Shown: piece after piece, positions 41,124 through 50,635 of the stretch | Layout: every line of letters begins with the position of its first letter | How positions within the stretch are numbered: the first letter of the stretch is position 1 | Assembly (NCBI GenBank): GCA_039587465.1 | Contig: JBDHIL010000010.1 | Span: 56,511-120,510, forward strand | From: Gemmatimonadota bacterium | Lineage (GTDB): Bacteria; Gemmatimonadota; Gemmatimonadetes; Longimicrobiales; Gaopeijiaceae | DNA length: 64,000 nt | Direction of reading: 5' to 3' | Translations under genes and position numbers: made by a program | Notes under the pieces: generated by a model | The model's database searches: none | Seen by the model: only the letters and a program-made list of their open reading frames with translations | Told to the model about the DNA's origin: nothing

Positions 41124-42257
41124 CTAGCCGGATGGCGACTGACTCTTCGCTGCCGCGCGCTGCTCCATCATCGACACAAACCGATCGAAGAGGTACCGGC
41201 TGTCGTGTGGGCCTGGTGCCGCCTCGGGGTGGTATTGCACGCAAAAGACGGGAAGCGTCCGGTGTTCAACGCCCTCCACCGTGCTGTCGTAGAGGTTCAC
41301 ATGGGTCACGTGGAGATCGGGCGCACCAGGGATCCCCGAAGACTCGCCGCCTTCGACGGCAAAGCCGTGATTCTGAGAGGTGATCTCGACCGTCTGCCGC
41401 TCCAGATTCATCACGGGATGATTGCCCCCGTGATGGCCGAAGGGGAGCTTGAAAGTGCTGGCACCGAAGGCCCGCGAGATGAGTTGGTGTCCGAGACAGA
41501 TCCCGAAAACCGGGACGCCCGCCTCCGCCAGCCCGATGATCGCTTCCTGGGCCCGCTCCACAGCAGCCGGGTCCCCTGGGCCGTTGGACACGAACAGGCC
41601 GTCGGGTGGTTCGGCGAGGATCCTGTCGGTGGGGGTATCGGCTGGAATCACGGTGACCCTGCACCCCCGTTCCGCGAGCATCCGGGGGGAGTGGGCCTTC
41701 ACGCCGAAGTCGTAGGCCAGTACGTGGAATCTCTCTTCTCCCGACGCCGGAACTTCATACGGCTCATCGGTCGAGACCCCACAGGCGAGATCCAGACCCT
41801 CCATCTTCGGGTGTGCCTGGATCCGGGCCAGGGTCTCGGACTCGGGCAACTCGGCAGGCGCGATGGCCGCACGCATTGCCCCGTGGGATCGGATGTGGCG
41901 GGTGAGCGCCCGCGTGTCGACGTCGGCGATGGCTGTGATCCCGTGGTCACCCAGGTAGGCGTCCAAGCCCCCGCTGGCCCGCCACGAACTGTGTATCCTC
42001 GAAGCTTCACGCACGATGAACCCTGACACCTGCGGAACAGGGGACTCGACGTCCACCTCGTTGACGCCGTAGTTCCCGATCAGCGGGTACGTCATGGTCA
42101 CCAGCTGGCCCGTGTACGAAGGATCCGTGAGGATCTCCTGATAGCCGGTCATACTGGTGTTGAAGACCACCTCGCCCACGGTGAGTTCGCGCCTCCCGAG
42201 GCCGAGACCTTCGAACCGGCGCCCGTCTTCCAGCAGGAGGTAGGCCTTAGATTCCAA
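41124..42257 (-). CDS. carA: carbamoyl-phosphate synthase small (glutamine amidotransferase) subunit
   Basis: 377 aa; CPSase small-chain N-domain plus GATase with GICLGHQ active site. Confidence 0.92.
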   Translation of the reverse strand: MESKAYLLLEDGRRFEGLGLGRRELTVGEVVFNTSMTGYQEILTDPSYTGQLVTMTYPLIGNYGVNEVDVESPVPQVSGFIVREASRIHSSWRASGGLDAYLGDHGITAIADVDTRALTRHIRSHGAMRAAIAPAELPESETLARIQAHPKMEGLDLACGVSTDEPYEVPASGEERFHVLAYDFGVKAHSPRMLAERGCRVTVIPADTPTDRILAEPPDGLFVSNGPGDPAAVERAQEAIIGLAEAGVPVFGICLGHQLISRAFGASTFKLPFGHHGGNHPVMNLERQTVEITSQNHGFAVEGGESSGIPGAPDLHVTHVNLYDSTVEGVEHRTLPVFCVQYHPEAAPGPHDSRYLFDRFVSMMEQRAAAKSQSPSG

Positions 42258-42401
42258 AGATTGCTCCAGGAGGGGTCAGAACGACGCGTCGACCCGGAAG
42301 CTAGAGCGGTGCAGTCGGGGGTCAACCCGCCGCGTGACGGACTCCCCGCCGCACGCCGCGTCGGTTACCTTCTGCCCTTCTTCACTGACCCTGCCTCGAC
42401 A

Positions 42402-42971
42402 CCTATGTCCAAGACCACCGTCTACATCCATGCCGACGAGTCTTGTCTGGGCAACCAGTTCCAGGACCGAGCCACCCCCGGGGGGGCCGGTGGTCTCGTG
42501 GAGGTCTGGAGGGACGACGTCTGTGAGCGCAGGGACTTCTGGATCTCCGAGCCCGACACGACCAACAACCGCATGGCGATACGAAGCGCCATCGAAGCGC
42601 TCCGGGCGCTGACTCGTCCGTGCCTCGTCCACTTCATCTCCGACAGCCAATACCTGGTGAAGGGAATCGGGGAATGGCTGCCCGGCTGGAAGCGCCGTGG
42701 GTGGAAGAGAAAGGGCGGGCCGATCGAGAACCTGGAGCTGTGGAAGGAGCTCGACGTCGAACTCCAGAGCCACGACGTCCGGCCCCGCTGGGTCCGGGGG
42801 CACGCCGGTCACCCCCGCAACGAGTTCGTAGACGGGCTGGCCACTTCGGCAGCACGGGACCAGTCGAACTCAGGGGGGCTGGTCCCCTCATCATTCGAGG
42901 CGTGGCTCGAGGATGAGCGCGAAGAAGGGAGGTATCTGGACTTCATGGAATTCGTCCGGCCGGACGCTTAG
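42402..42971 (+). CDS. rnhA: ribonuclease HI, with ~40-aa C-terminal extension
   Basis: [18 protein letters not shown]...; catalytic DESC...D...[12 protein letters not shown]; start taken at MSKTT. Confidence 0.88.
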   Translation, partial: PMSKTTVYIHADESCLGNQFQDRATPGGAGGLVEVWRDDVCERRDFWISEPDTTNNRMAIRSAIEALRALTRPCLVHFISDSQYLVKGIGEWLPGWKRRGWKRKGGPIENLELWKELDVELQSHDVRPRWVRGHAGHPRNEFVDGLATSAARDQSNSGGLVPSSFEAWLEDEREEGRYLDFMEFVRPDA

Positions 42972-43651
42972 GCGGGGTCCTGCGGGAAGCCGTCTCGCGG
43001 AGACGAGGTACCTGGACGTCGAAACGGCCCGAGACGCACAAGGCGCTCGGGCCGCTTCTTAGGAAGCCCATCCGGTCACTACGCTGTGTCCGGCGTCCTT
43101 CCAATCCGCTGGCGGGCTCCGTCCCGTCTTAGGTCCACCCCGCGTAAGGGCGGCGGGTCCAGCTCCCTCATCCCCTGTTTGCGCCGCGCGGTTGCGGCCA
43201 AGGGCGCCTCCGAGCTCTCGGAGACTTTCAAGACGAGGCCAGCGACCTCCTCGTCCCGCTCCCCAGGTGTCCTAAGCCCTGGTTCGCCTGCCACCGCTGC
43301 GCCGTCGCGCCCGGCAACTCACTCTTCGGATTCATCAGAGGGATGACCATCGCCATCGATCTCGAATCACCGCATCCGAATCGCGATACATGAATACGAG
43401 GTCCACACTGACGATGCAACCCTTTCAGCCAGGAACATATGTAGATCGAGGTCACACGGCGTAACTTCATATTGCACAACTATATGCATAGTCCGTCAAA
43501 TGTTTCTTCGAGGCCTCTTCGGGGTTGTCCGCAAACAAATGATTTCCAAACATCCTTTCCCTAAACAGATGGCTTTCCACGGATCAGATTTGTGAAAAGC
43601 AGGACCGATAAGGCCTCGATCATGACCGGATTCGATCCGCCGAATTGTTGT

Positions 43652-44323
43652 CTAGCCGACAAGAATATGGCGATCAAAGATGCTTCCGAAGGCATTCTCG
43701 AGGCAAATGGAGGCTTCCTCGAGGCTCACGGGACGTCCAAGCTCCCGCTCGAGGGAGGTCACGGCCTCGTCAGCGATACCGCACGGGACGATGGTGTCGA
43801 AATACCGCAGGTCGGTGTGGACGTTGAGAGCGACTCCGTGAGACGTGATCCAGCCCGACGATACTCTGACCCCTATCGCCGCCAACTTCCCGGAAGACGT
43901 CCAGGCTCCGGTCTTCCCCTCCCTTCGGCCCGCTTCGATTCCGAAGTCCCCTGCCACGCGAATGAGCATGTCCTCCAGATCGCGCAGGTACCTGTGCAGA
44001 TCCTGCCGATCCGGCTTGAGGTCCAGAATCGGATACGCCACGAGCTGCCCCGGCCCGTGGTAGGTGACGTCGCCGCCCCGCCCCGCCTCGAACATCTCAA
44101 TCCCGAGCAAGGCACGCTCCGCGGCGTCAGAGACGACGTGGGCCCAACTGCCTGCAGTGCCCATCGTGATCACGTGGGGATGCTCGACCAGGAGCAGAGT
44201 GTCGGGGACGTCGCCCGCCCGGCGGGCCGAGACCAACTGCTCCTGGAGCGCGAGGCTCTCACCATAGGGGACCCGGCCCAGTCTCCGCACCTCCAGAGGT
44301 GGCCGCTGCGGCGTTTGGGTCAT
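43652..44323 (-). CDS. lipB: lipoyl(octanoyl) transferase
   Basis: 223 aa; LLLVEHPHVITMG, RGG DVTYHGPGQLVAYP, K-containing AIGV motif. Confidence 0.9.
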   Translation of the reverse strand: MTQTPQRPPLEVRRLGRVPYGESLALQEQLVSARRAGDVPDTLLLVEHPHVITMGTAGSWAHVVSDAAERALLGIEMFEAGRGGDVTYHGPGQLVAYPILDLKPDRQDLHRYLRDLEDMLIRVAGDFGIEAGRREGKTGAWTSSGKLAAIGVRVSSGWITSHGVALNVHTDLRYFDTIVPCGIADEAVTSLERELGRPVSLEEASICLENAFGSIFDRHILVG

Positions 44324-44399
44324 CCGGATCTCCCCTGCTGAAACGAGGAGAGCCCCGGGGAACGCTCTCCCAGGGGCCCTCCAGTTCTTCGGCCGACGG

Positions 44400-45767
44400 C
44401 TACGCGTCTTCCGGGAACGTCTCCATCATCTCCTTGAGCCGCGCCAGGAACCGAGCAGCATCCGCACCGTCGACGATCCTATGATCGTAGCCCAACGAGA
44501 AGAGAGATCGCTTCCTGATCGCGATCGCATCGAGTCCGGTGTCCGGATCTACGACGGCAACCACGCGCTTCTCTATCGCCCCGGTCCCGAGAATGGCCGA
44601 CGTACCCTTGGGAATCACGGGCATCCCCACCAGCGTACCCAACACACCCGGGTTCGTGATCGAGAAGCTCGCTCCCTGAATCTCCTCCGGAAGCAGCTTT
44701 CGGGCCCGGGCCCTTTCAGCCAGATCGACGATCTTCTTTCCGAGACCCACCAGGCTCAGGTCGTCCGCATCATGCACGACCGGAACGATCAGGCCCGGAT
44801 TCAGATCCACGGCCATACCGAGGTTCACGTTGCCCCGGAACACCAGGTTGTTGCCGGAAACCGTGGCATTGACCATCGGGAACTCCCGCAGCACCCGCGA
44901 AGTGGCCCAGGCCACGAATGCGGTGTAGCTGACCCGTGCGCCCTGCTCGGCCCAACGCTTCTTGTTGGCGGCCCGAATCCGGTCCACGGCCCCGAAGTCG
45001 ATTTCGATGAACGAATGGACGTGCGGAGAGATCCGCTTCGCAACCACCATGTGAGCCGCCGTGAGCCGCCGGATCTTGTCCATCGGTTCGACGGTGTCGG
45101 CGGCCCGCACCGGGAACTCCGGGTGCTCGACTTCCCCGTAGAATCGCTGCCACAGGTCGGAGGGAGCCCCTCGGGTGGCCGGCGCCGCGGCGGGCGTGGA
45201 AGCTGGAGAGGCAGTACCGGCTACCGCCACCTCAGGCACAGGCAAAGGAGCCGGCTCGCCCCCGGCCTCGATGAAGTCGAGGATGTCCTGCTTGGTGACC
45301 CGACCGGCATGCCCCGTTCCAGAGACCGCCGCGATGTCCACTCCATGCTCCTCGGCAATCTTGCGGACGACCGGCGTGGACCGTGTCCGGAGGCGCTCTT
45401 CGGCCGACCCTGGGTCCACGTCGCTCGGAGGAGCGGGAGCGGCGGCAACCGGAGCAGCAACCTGGGCGACAGGCGGCGCAGCCTCGTCCGGAGCGGCGGC
45501 TGGTGGCGCCGCGACAGCGGCTCCACCCTCCGGGTCGATGAAAGCCACAATCGTCCCTACTTCGACCGTTTCGCCCTCTTGAACCGCGATCTCGACGAGG
45601 GTGCCGGCAGCAGGCGCCGGGATCTCGGCATCGACCTTGTCGGTGGAGATCTCCAGGATGGGCTCATCCCGTGCTACGACGTCGCCAAGCGCCTTGAGCC
45701 ACTTGGACACCGTGCCCTCCGCAATCGACTCGCCCATCTGGGGCATGGGTACTTCAATCCGAGCCAC
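44400..45767 (-). CDS. 2-oxoacid dehydrogenase E2 component (dihydrolipoamide acyltransferase)
   Basis: N-terminal lipoyl domain (EISTDKVDAEIPAPAAG), Ala/Pro linkers, PSBD, catalytic DHRIVDGA. Confidence 0.9.
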   Translation of the reverse strand: MARIEVPMPQMGESIAEGTVSKWLKALGDVVARDEPILEISTDKVDAEIPAPAAGTLVEIAVQEGETVEVGTIVAFIDPEGGAAVAAPPAAAPDEAAPPVAQVAAPVAAAPAPPSDVDPGSAEERLRTRSTPVVRKIAEEHGVDIAAVSGTGHAGRVTKQDILDFIEAGGEPAPLPVPEVAVAGTASPASTPAAAPATRGAPSDLWQRFYGEVEHPEFPVRAADTVEPMDKIRRLTAAHMVVAKRISPHVHSFIEIDFGAVDRIRAANKKRWAEQGARVSYTAFVAWATSRVLREFPMVNATVSGNNLVFRGNVNLGMAVDLNPGLIVPVVHDADDLSLVGLGKKIVDLAERARARKLLPEEIQGASFSITNPGVLGTLVGMPVIPKGTSAILGTGAIEKRVVAVVDPDTGLDAIAIRKRSLFSLGYDHRIVDGADAARFLARLKEMMETFPEDA

Positions 45768-45886
45768 GCTCGTCGTCTCCGGTCTGTGTCTACTGTGCCC
45801 TGATTTCGGCGGGATCGGGTACCCTTCGAAGACCCATTCGGTCCCGCGGGATGGCCCAGATCCAGAGGCTTACGATCACCTGACGC

Positions 45887-46912
45887 TCAATATCCTGCAA
45901 GGTATCGGGCGGCTGTCACCACGTCGTCTTCCTGCGGCAGGAAATAGTCTTCCAGCGATCCGGAATACGGTACGGGGGCATCGATGGCCGTCACGCGCAG
46001 GATCGGGGCGTCGAGCCACTCGAACGCATGCTCGTTGACCCGGATAGCGATCTCGCCCGCAATGCCTCCGGTCCGGGTGTCCTCATGCACCACGAGCAGC
46101 CGGCCGGTCTTCTTCACGCTCGCTACGATCGCCTCGTCGTCCATGGGGAGCAGCGTCCGCAGGTCGATCACCTCGAGCGATACCCCGTCCTCATGGTCGA
46201 GGACTTCCGCAGCAGCCAGGCACTTATGGACCATCGCGCCATATGTCACCACGGTCAGATCACCCCCCTCCCGAGCCATGCGTGCCTTGCCGAGGGGCAC
46301 GATGTAGTCCTCGTCCGGTAGGGTCTCCCTAAGCGCCGGCGCGCGGTACAGGCCCTTGTGCTCCTCGAAGAGTACGGGGTTGTCATCGCGGATCGCAGCC
46401 TTGAGGAGGCCCTTCGCATCGTACGCCGTACTCGGGTAGACGATCTTGAGACCCGGAGTGTGGAAGAACGCCATCTCGACGTTCTGCGAGTGAAACGGTC
46501 CTCCCCGATTTCCGCCGCCCACCGGTCCGCGGATGACCAGAGGCATCGGCCCCGCCCCGCGGTACAAGGAGGTGGCGATGTAGTTGGTGATGACGTCGTA
46601 CGCGGGGCTGATGAAGTCCATGAACTGCATCTCGACGACGGGCCGCATCCCCATGTGTGCGGCCCCGGCCGCCGCGCCCGTGAATCCACCCTCCGCGATG
46701 GGAGTGTCGATGATCCGCCGCGGGCCGAAGTGATCCAGGAAGCCCCTCGTGACCTTGAACGCACCGCCGTATGCCCCGATGTCCTCACCCATGAGGAAGA
46801 CCCGGTCGTCGCGCTCCATTTCCTCGAACAGGGCTTCGCTCACCGCCTCGAGGAAGGTGACCGGCTCTCCGGAGCGGGTCTTCATGAGATGCTCTGGCTT
46901 GGATGGATTCAT
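45887..46912 (-). CDS. 2-oxoacid dehydrogenase E1 component beta subunit
   Basis: 341 aa transketolase-like E1 beta sequence. Confidence 0.9.
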   Translation of the reverse strand: MNPSKPEHLMKTRSGEPVTFLEAVSEALFEEMERDDRVFLMGEDIGAYGGAFKVTRGFLDHFGPRRIIDTPIAEGGFTGAAAGAAHMGMRPVVEMQFMDFISPAYDVITNYIATSLYRGAGPMPLVIRGPVGGGNRGGPFHSQNVEMAFFHTPGLKIVYPSTAYDAKGLLKAAIRDDNPVLFEEHKGLYRAPALRETLPDEDYIVPLGKARMAREGGDLTVVTYGAMVHKCLAAAEVLDHEDGVSLEVIDLRTLLPMDDEAIVASVKKTGRLLVVHEDTRTGGIAGEIAIRVNEHAFEWLDAPILRVTAIDAPVPYSGSLEDYFLPQEDDVVTAARYLAGY

Positions 46913-47949
46913 GAGGCCGGTACGTCCATACGGGTCCAGGGTTCACGAACAGTTACGTCGGTGTACACATCCTCCCGCGCCTCCGGACCGTCCGGCTCCG
47001 GCTCCGCGAGAGCCGACTCGACGGCGAGGCGGCAAGCCTCCTCCGCCACCCGCTCGATTTCGGCCAGCTCCTCGGAGCCGACCCATCGCTGGTCGAGCAG
47101 GCGAGCGCGATATTTCGCCAGTGGGTCCTTCGCCTCCCACTCCGCGATGAGCGCAGGATCGACGTACTCCTGGGCGTCGTGCTGGGCATGGCCCCCGCGG
47201 CGGAAATAGCGGAGTTCCACCATCTGGGGACCACCGCCCTCCCGGGCTCGATCGGCGGCTGCCCGTACGCTCTCCACCACAGCCAGGACATCCGTCCCAT
47301 CGACGGACTCCGCCCCGATACCGTAGCCTGCCGCCTTCTCGGTAAAGCTCTCAACCCGGGTATGGACCGCGGTCGGGGTGGAAAACGCGAACTGGTTGTT
47401 TTCCAGAACCAGGACCAGAGGGCACGCCTGCGCGGCGGCAAGACAGAGACCCTCGTGCCATGCTCCCGTCGCGGCCGCGCCATCGCCGGTGAACACCAGG
47501 CCGACCCGGTCCTCGCCCCGGAGTCTGAAGGACAGCGTGACCCCCGCCATCACCTCGAGCATGGTCCCGAGCGGAAAGATCGGGCCCAGGAGACCACGGG
47601 CGGGATCACCCCAGTGGATGTGCGATTCACGCCCTGCCGTGGGCCCTGTAGCTCGCGACAGCTGCTGTCGGAAATAGTCCAGAACACCGTCGGTGAACAC
47701 CATCAGAGCCCCGGTCGCGCGGAGGCTGGGAGCCAACCAGTCACCTGTCGCTGCGCCGCTCCGGCGCAGGGCCCAGGCTGCCCCCACCGCCCCCGCCTCC
47801 TGGCCGAGGGACCGGTATACGCTCCCGGCCACGTGGCCGTTCTTGTGCAGCCGTTCCAGGTGCTCCTCAGCCGTCCTGGTGAGAAACATGTACCTGTACA
47901 GTTCGGCCAGGTCGTGCGGAGCGAAGCCAGGGGGGGCTGTCAGAGCCAT
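46909..47949 (-). CDS. 2-oxoacid dehydrogenase E1 component alpha subunit (TPP-binding)
   Basis: TPP motif region (GDGAAATGAWHEGLCLAA...NNQFAFSTP); start taken at MALTAPPGF. Confidence 0.88.
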   Translation of the reverse strand: MALTAPPGFAPHDLAELYRYMFLTRTAEEHLERLHKNGHVAGSVYRSLGQEAGAVGAAWALRRSGAATGDWLAPSLRATGALMVFTDGVLDYFRQQLSRATGPTAGRESHIHWGDPARGLLGPIFPLGTMLEVMAGVTLSFRLRGEDRVGLVFTGDGAAATGAWHEGLCLAAAQACPLVLVLENNQFAFSTPTAVHTRVESFTEKAAGYGIGAESVDGTDVLAVVESVRAAADRAREGGGPQMVELRYFRRGGHAQHDAQEYVDPALIAEWEAKDPLAKYRARLLDQRWVGSEELAEIERVAEEACRLAVESALAEPEPDGPEAREDVYTDVTVREPWTRMDVPAS

Positions 47950-48057
47950 CGTGAGCCATGTCCAGTTCCGGGACGCGAAGAGCGGCGAACCCCACTCAGG
48001 GGCCCGCCGCTCCAAAGCCCCGTGAAGAGGCCGGCCGAGGCGTTCCTCAAGACCGCG

Positions 48058-48438
48058 TCAGTTGCCCGGGTTGCCGGTAGTTCCCTCGTCAACCGCACCC
48101 GGGTCACCACCCGCAGGCGACGGGTCGCCCAATCCCGGGAGAATCGGGTCGGGTGCCGGGGCCGTCACCGGGGCGTCGATCTGAATCACCGACTCGGGGG
48201 CCTGGGATCGGGAGGACATGATAGACAGCACCAGGGCAAGCACCATGAAGGCCGATCCGGAGATCCACGTCGACCGCGTCAGCATGGTGGTGGCCTGGCG
48301 ACCGCCAAGGAGTCCCTCGGTCATCGCGGCACCACCACCAACAGCGGCGAGCCCTCCGCCTTTGCCGGATTGGAGGAGGATCACCACACCAAGAAAGAGG
48401 CCATCGAGTACCAGGATGGCGAGCAAGATACCGTACAT
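48058..48438 (-). CDS. secG: preprotein translocase subunit SecG
   Basis: LVLDGLFLGVVILLQSGKGGGL signature; downstream of tpiA as in the conserved gap-pgk-tpiA-secG block. Confidence 0.85.
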   Translation of the reverse strand: MYGILLAILVLDGLFLGVVILLQSGKGGGLAAVGGGAAMTEGLLGGRQATTMLTRSTWISGSAFMVLALVLSIMSSRSQAPESVIQIDAPVTAPAPDPILPGLGDPSPAGGDPGAVDEGTTGNPGN

Positions 48439-48529
48439 CGTCCGAAGCAGCCCGTCGTAGGTCGTTTATATATCAGCTATTAAACGTCGAACCCACACCT
48501 CCGGGTGTCAACGGGTCCCAAACAGTCCG

Positions 48530-49282
48530 TCAGCCCGCAGCAGCCACGATGCCGGCAAAAGACTCGGGAACCAGGCTCGCGCCACCCACCAGGACCCCAT
48601 CGACCTCAGAGGCCGCCAGCAGTTCGCCCGCGTTTCCCGGCTTGACGCTGCCCCCATACAGAAGGGGCACCAGCATCGCGCGGGAGATACCGACCCGCTC
48701 CTCGAGCCTGGCACGAAGCGTGGAGTGCGCGCCGGACGCGTCCGCGGGGGTCGCGGTTTCACCCGTTCCTATCGCCCAGACGGGCTCGTAGGCGAGGAGG
48801 AACCGCGCCTCGGATGCGGCCAGAGCATCCAAGGCAGCATCCAACTGTCCGAGGATAACCTCTTCGACCCTTCCACCCCGGCGCTCCTCGAGTGTCTCAC
48901 CCACACACACGACCGGAACCAGTCCGTGCCGACGAGCCGCGTGGACCTTGTCCGCCACCTGCGCATCGGTCTCTCCGAAGACATGGCGACGCTCCGAGTG
49001 GCCGATGAGGGCAAACGACGCACCCGCGCTGGCCGCCATGCCCCCGGACACCTCACCGGTGAACGCCCCTGAATCCTCGAAATGAATGTTCTGGACACCC
49101 AATTGGATCCGTGGATCCCGATCCGTGGAGGCGGCCGCCGGAGCGATCGACACGGACGGAGGAAAGATCAGCAACTCGTGCCGGGAAGCGTTCTGGGGAA
49201 GTCGAAGCGCGCCGAAGAAGTCGTGCGCCTCGCCCGGCCCCATGTGCATCTTCCAGTTACCCGCTATGACCGCCATGCTCAA
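48530..49282 (-). CDS. tpiA: triosephosphate isomerase
   Basis: 250 aa; AGNWKMH, IGHSERR, AYEPVWAIGTG motifs. Confidence 0.92.
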   Translation of the reverse strand: MSMAVIAGNWKMHMGPGEAHDFFGALRLPQNASRHELLIFPPSVSIAPAAASTDRDPRIQLGVQNIHFEDSGAFTGEVSGGMAASAGASFALIGHSERRHVFGETDAQVADKVHAARRHGLVPVVCVGETLEERRGGRVEEVILGQLDAALDALAASEARFLLAYEPVWAIGTGETATPADASGAHSTLRARLEERVGISRAMLVPLLYGGSVKPGNAGELLAASEVDGVLVGGASLVPESFAGIVAAAG

Positions 49283-50487
49283 CCCTTGTCGGAAAGAGAG
49301 GACACACCGGGGAGCTCGGCGCCAGCCAGGAACTCCAGGCTCGCTCCCCCACCGGTGGATACGTGACTTAGCCGGGATGTCACCCCGGCCTGCTCGGCAG
49401 CCGATGCCGAGTCTCCACCCCCGAGGACGACCGTGGCCCCGGCGTCACAGGCCGCCGCGGCCGCCTCCGCGACCGCGAGGGTCCCCGTCGCGAAGGGCTC
49501 CATTTCGAACACACCCATCGGCCCGTTCCAGACCACCGTTCTGGCACCGGCGACCTCACGAGCAAACATGGCTTGCGTGGCCGGACCCACATCGGCAATG
49601 CGATGGTGATCCTGGACGGCTTCCCTGGGGACAACCTGTGTGGACGCCGCGGTAGATATTTCATCGGCCACGACGCAGTCGATCGGAAGAACGATCTTGT
49701 CGCCTGCGCGCCGGAGGGTCTCGGCGGCCACCTCGATCCGATCGGGCTCGACCAGAGAGGCGCCCGTTTCCAGGCCGAGGGCCCGGAAGAACGTGTTGGC
49801 CATCGCGCCCCCGATCAGGAGCCTGTCGACCTTGGGCAGCAGCGCATCGATGACGTCGATCTTGCCTGAGATCTTCGCTCCCCCGAGGATGGCCACGAAC
49901 GGCTGCTCCGGGGCCTCCAAAGCCGCCCCGAGGAACCGCAGTTCTCTCGCCACCAGCAATCCGGCCACGGCCTTGCCGCCTCGGGCTATCACCGCCTGGG
50001 CGAGCCCCGCGGTGGAAGCATGCGCGCGGTGCGCAGTGCCGAACGCGTCGTTGACGAAGACGTGACCCAGGTCCGCCCATGTCCCCGCGAGTTCGGCGTC
50101 ATTGGCCGTCTCACCCGGGAGGAAGCGGGTGTTCTCCAGAACGAGCACGCCTCCATCGGCCAGGGCCGCTACCCCTTCCTGCACGGAAGGACCGGCAGAC
50201 TCCGTGCAGAAGCCGACCGCCGAGTCCAGGAGTTCACCGAGACGCGATGCCACGGGGGCGAGACTGAATTCAGGCGTTGGCTGCCCCTTGGGTCGCCCCA
50301 GGTGCGATAGGAGGACGACCCGCGCCCCGGCAGACACCAGGAGTCGGAGGGTCGGCAGAGAAGCTGCGATGCGGGTTTCGTCGGTGATGCGATCGCCGTC
50401 GAGGGGAACGTTCAGATCGGCGCGCACGAGAACGACCTGCCCCGCCAACTCCGCGGGATCGAGATCGCTGAGGGTGGTCTTGGGCAT
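49279..50487 (-). CDS. pgk: phosphoglycerate kinase
   Basis: RADLNVPLDG... SHLGRPKG motifs; start taken at MPKTTLSDL, since the longer ORF would overlap the upstream gene end. Confidence 0.9.
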   Translation of the reverse strand: MPKTTLSDLDPAELAGQVVLVRADLNVPLDGDRITDETRIAASLPTLRLLVSAGARVVLLSHLGRPKGQPTPEFSLAPVASRLGELLDSAVGFCTESAGPSVQEGVAALADGGVLVLENTRFLPGETANDAELAGTWADLGHVFVNDAFGTAHRAHASTAGLAQAVIARGGKAVAGLLVARELRFLGAALEAPEQPFVAILGGAKISGKIDVIDALLPKVDRLLIGGAMANTFFRALGLETGASLVEPDRIEVAAETLRRAGDKIVLPIDCVVADEISTAASTQVVPREAVQDHHRIADVGPATQAMFAREVAGARTVVWNGPMGVFEMEPFATGTLAVAEAAAAACDAGATVVLGGGDSASAAEQAGVTSRLSHVSTGGGASLEFLAGAELPGVSSLSDKG

Positions 50488-50635
50488 ACCGGAAGCCGGT
50501 GGTGAGGTCCTGGCAGCCCCGGCGGTGAGGCGGAGGGCTGCGGTCGGAAAAACGCTCTGGCGGCTGGAACCTACAACAACGCACCCCGGGACGATACGCC
50601 GGCAGCGCGGGCGTGGAAGGAGCTGTCCGGCCGCC

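Noticed and set aside
42975-43380. Possible tmRNA, RNase P RNA or SRP RNA in the GC-rich part of the rnhA-lipB spacer
   Set aside because: Looked for GGAAAGUCCGG / ACAGAACCCGGCUUA (RNase P), GGAUUCGACGGG plus tRNA-like 3' end and an ...ALAA* tag frame (tmRNA), and GUCAGGUCCGGAAGGAAGCAGC (SRP). Only weak partial matches (AACCAGGGCUUAGGA, UUGGAAGGACGCC) in the wrong positions or orientation. Cannot call any of them without a covariance-model search.
43621-43645. tRNA T-arm-like GGATCGAATCC on the minus strand
   Set aside because: Flanking bases do not form a T-stem and no acceptor stem or anticodon arm could be built; likely chance similarity.
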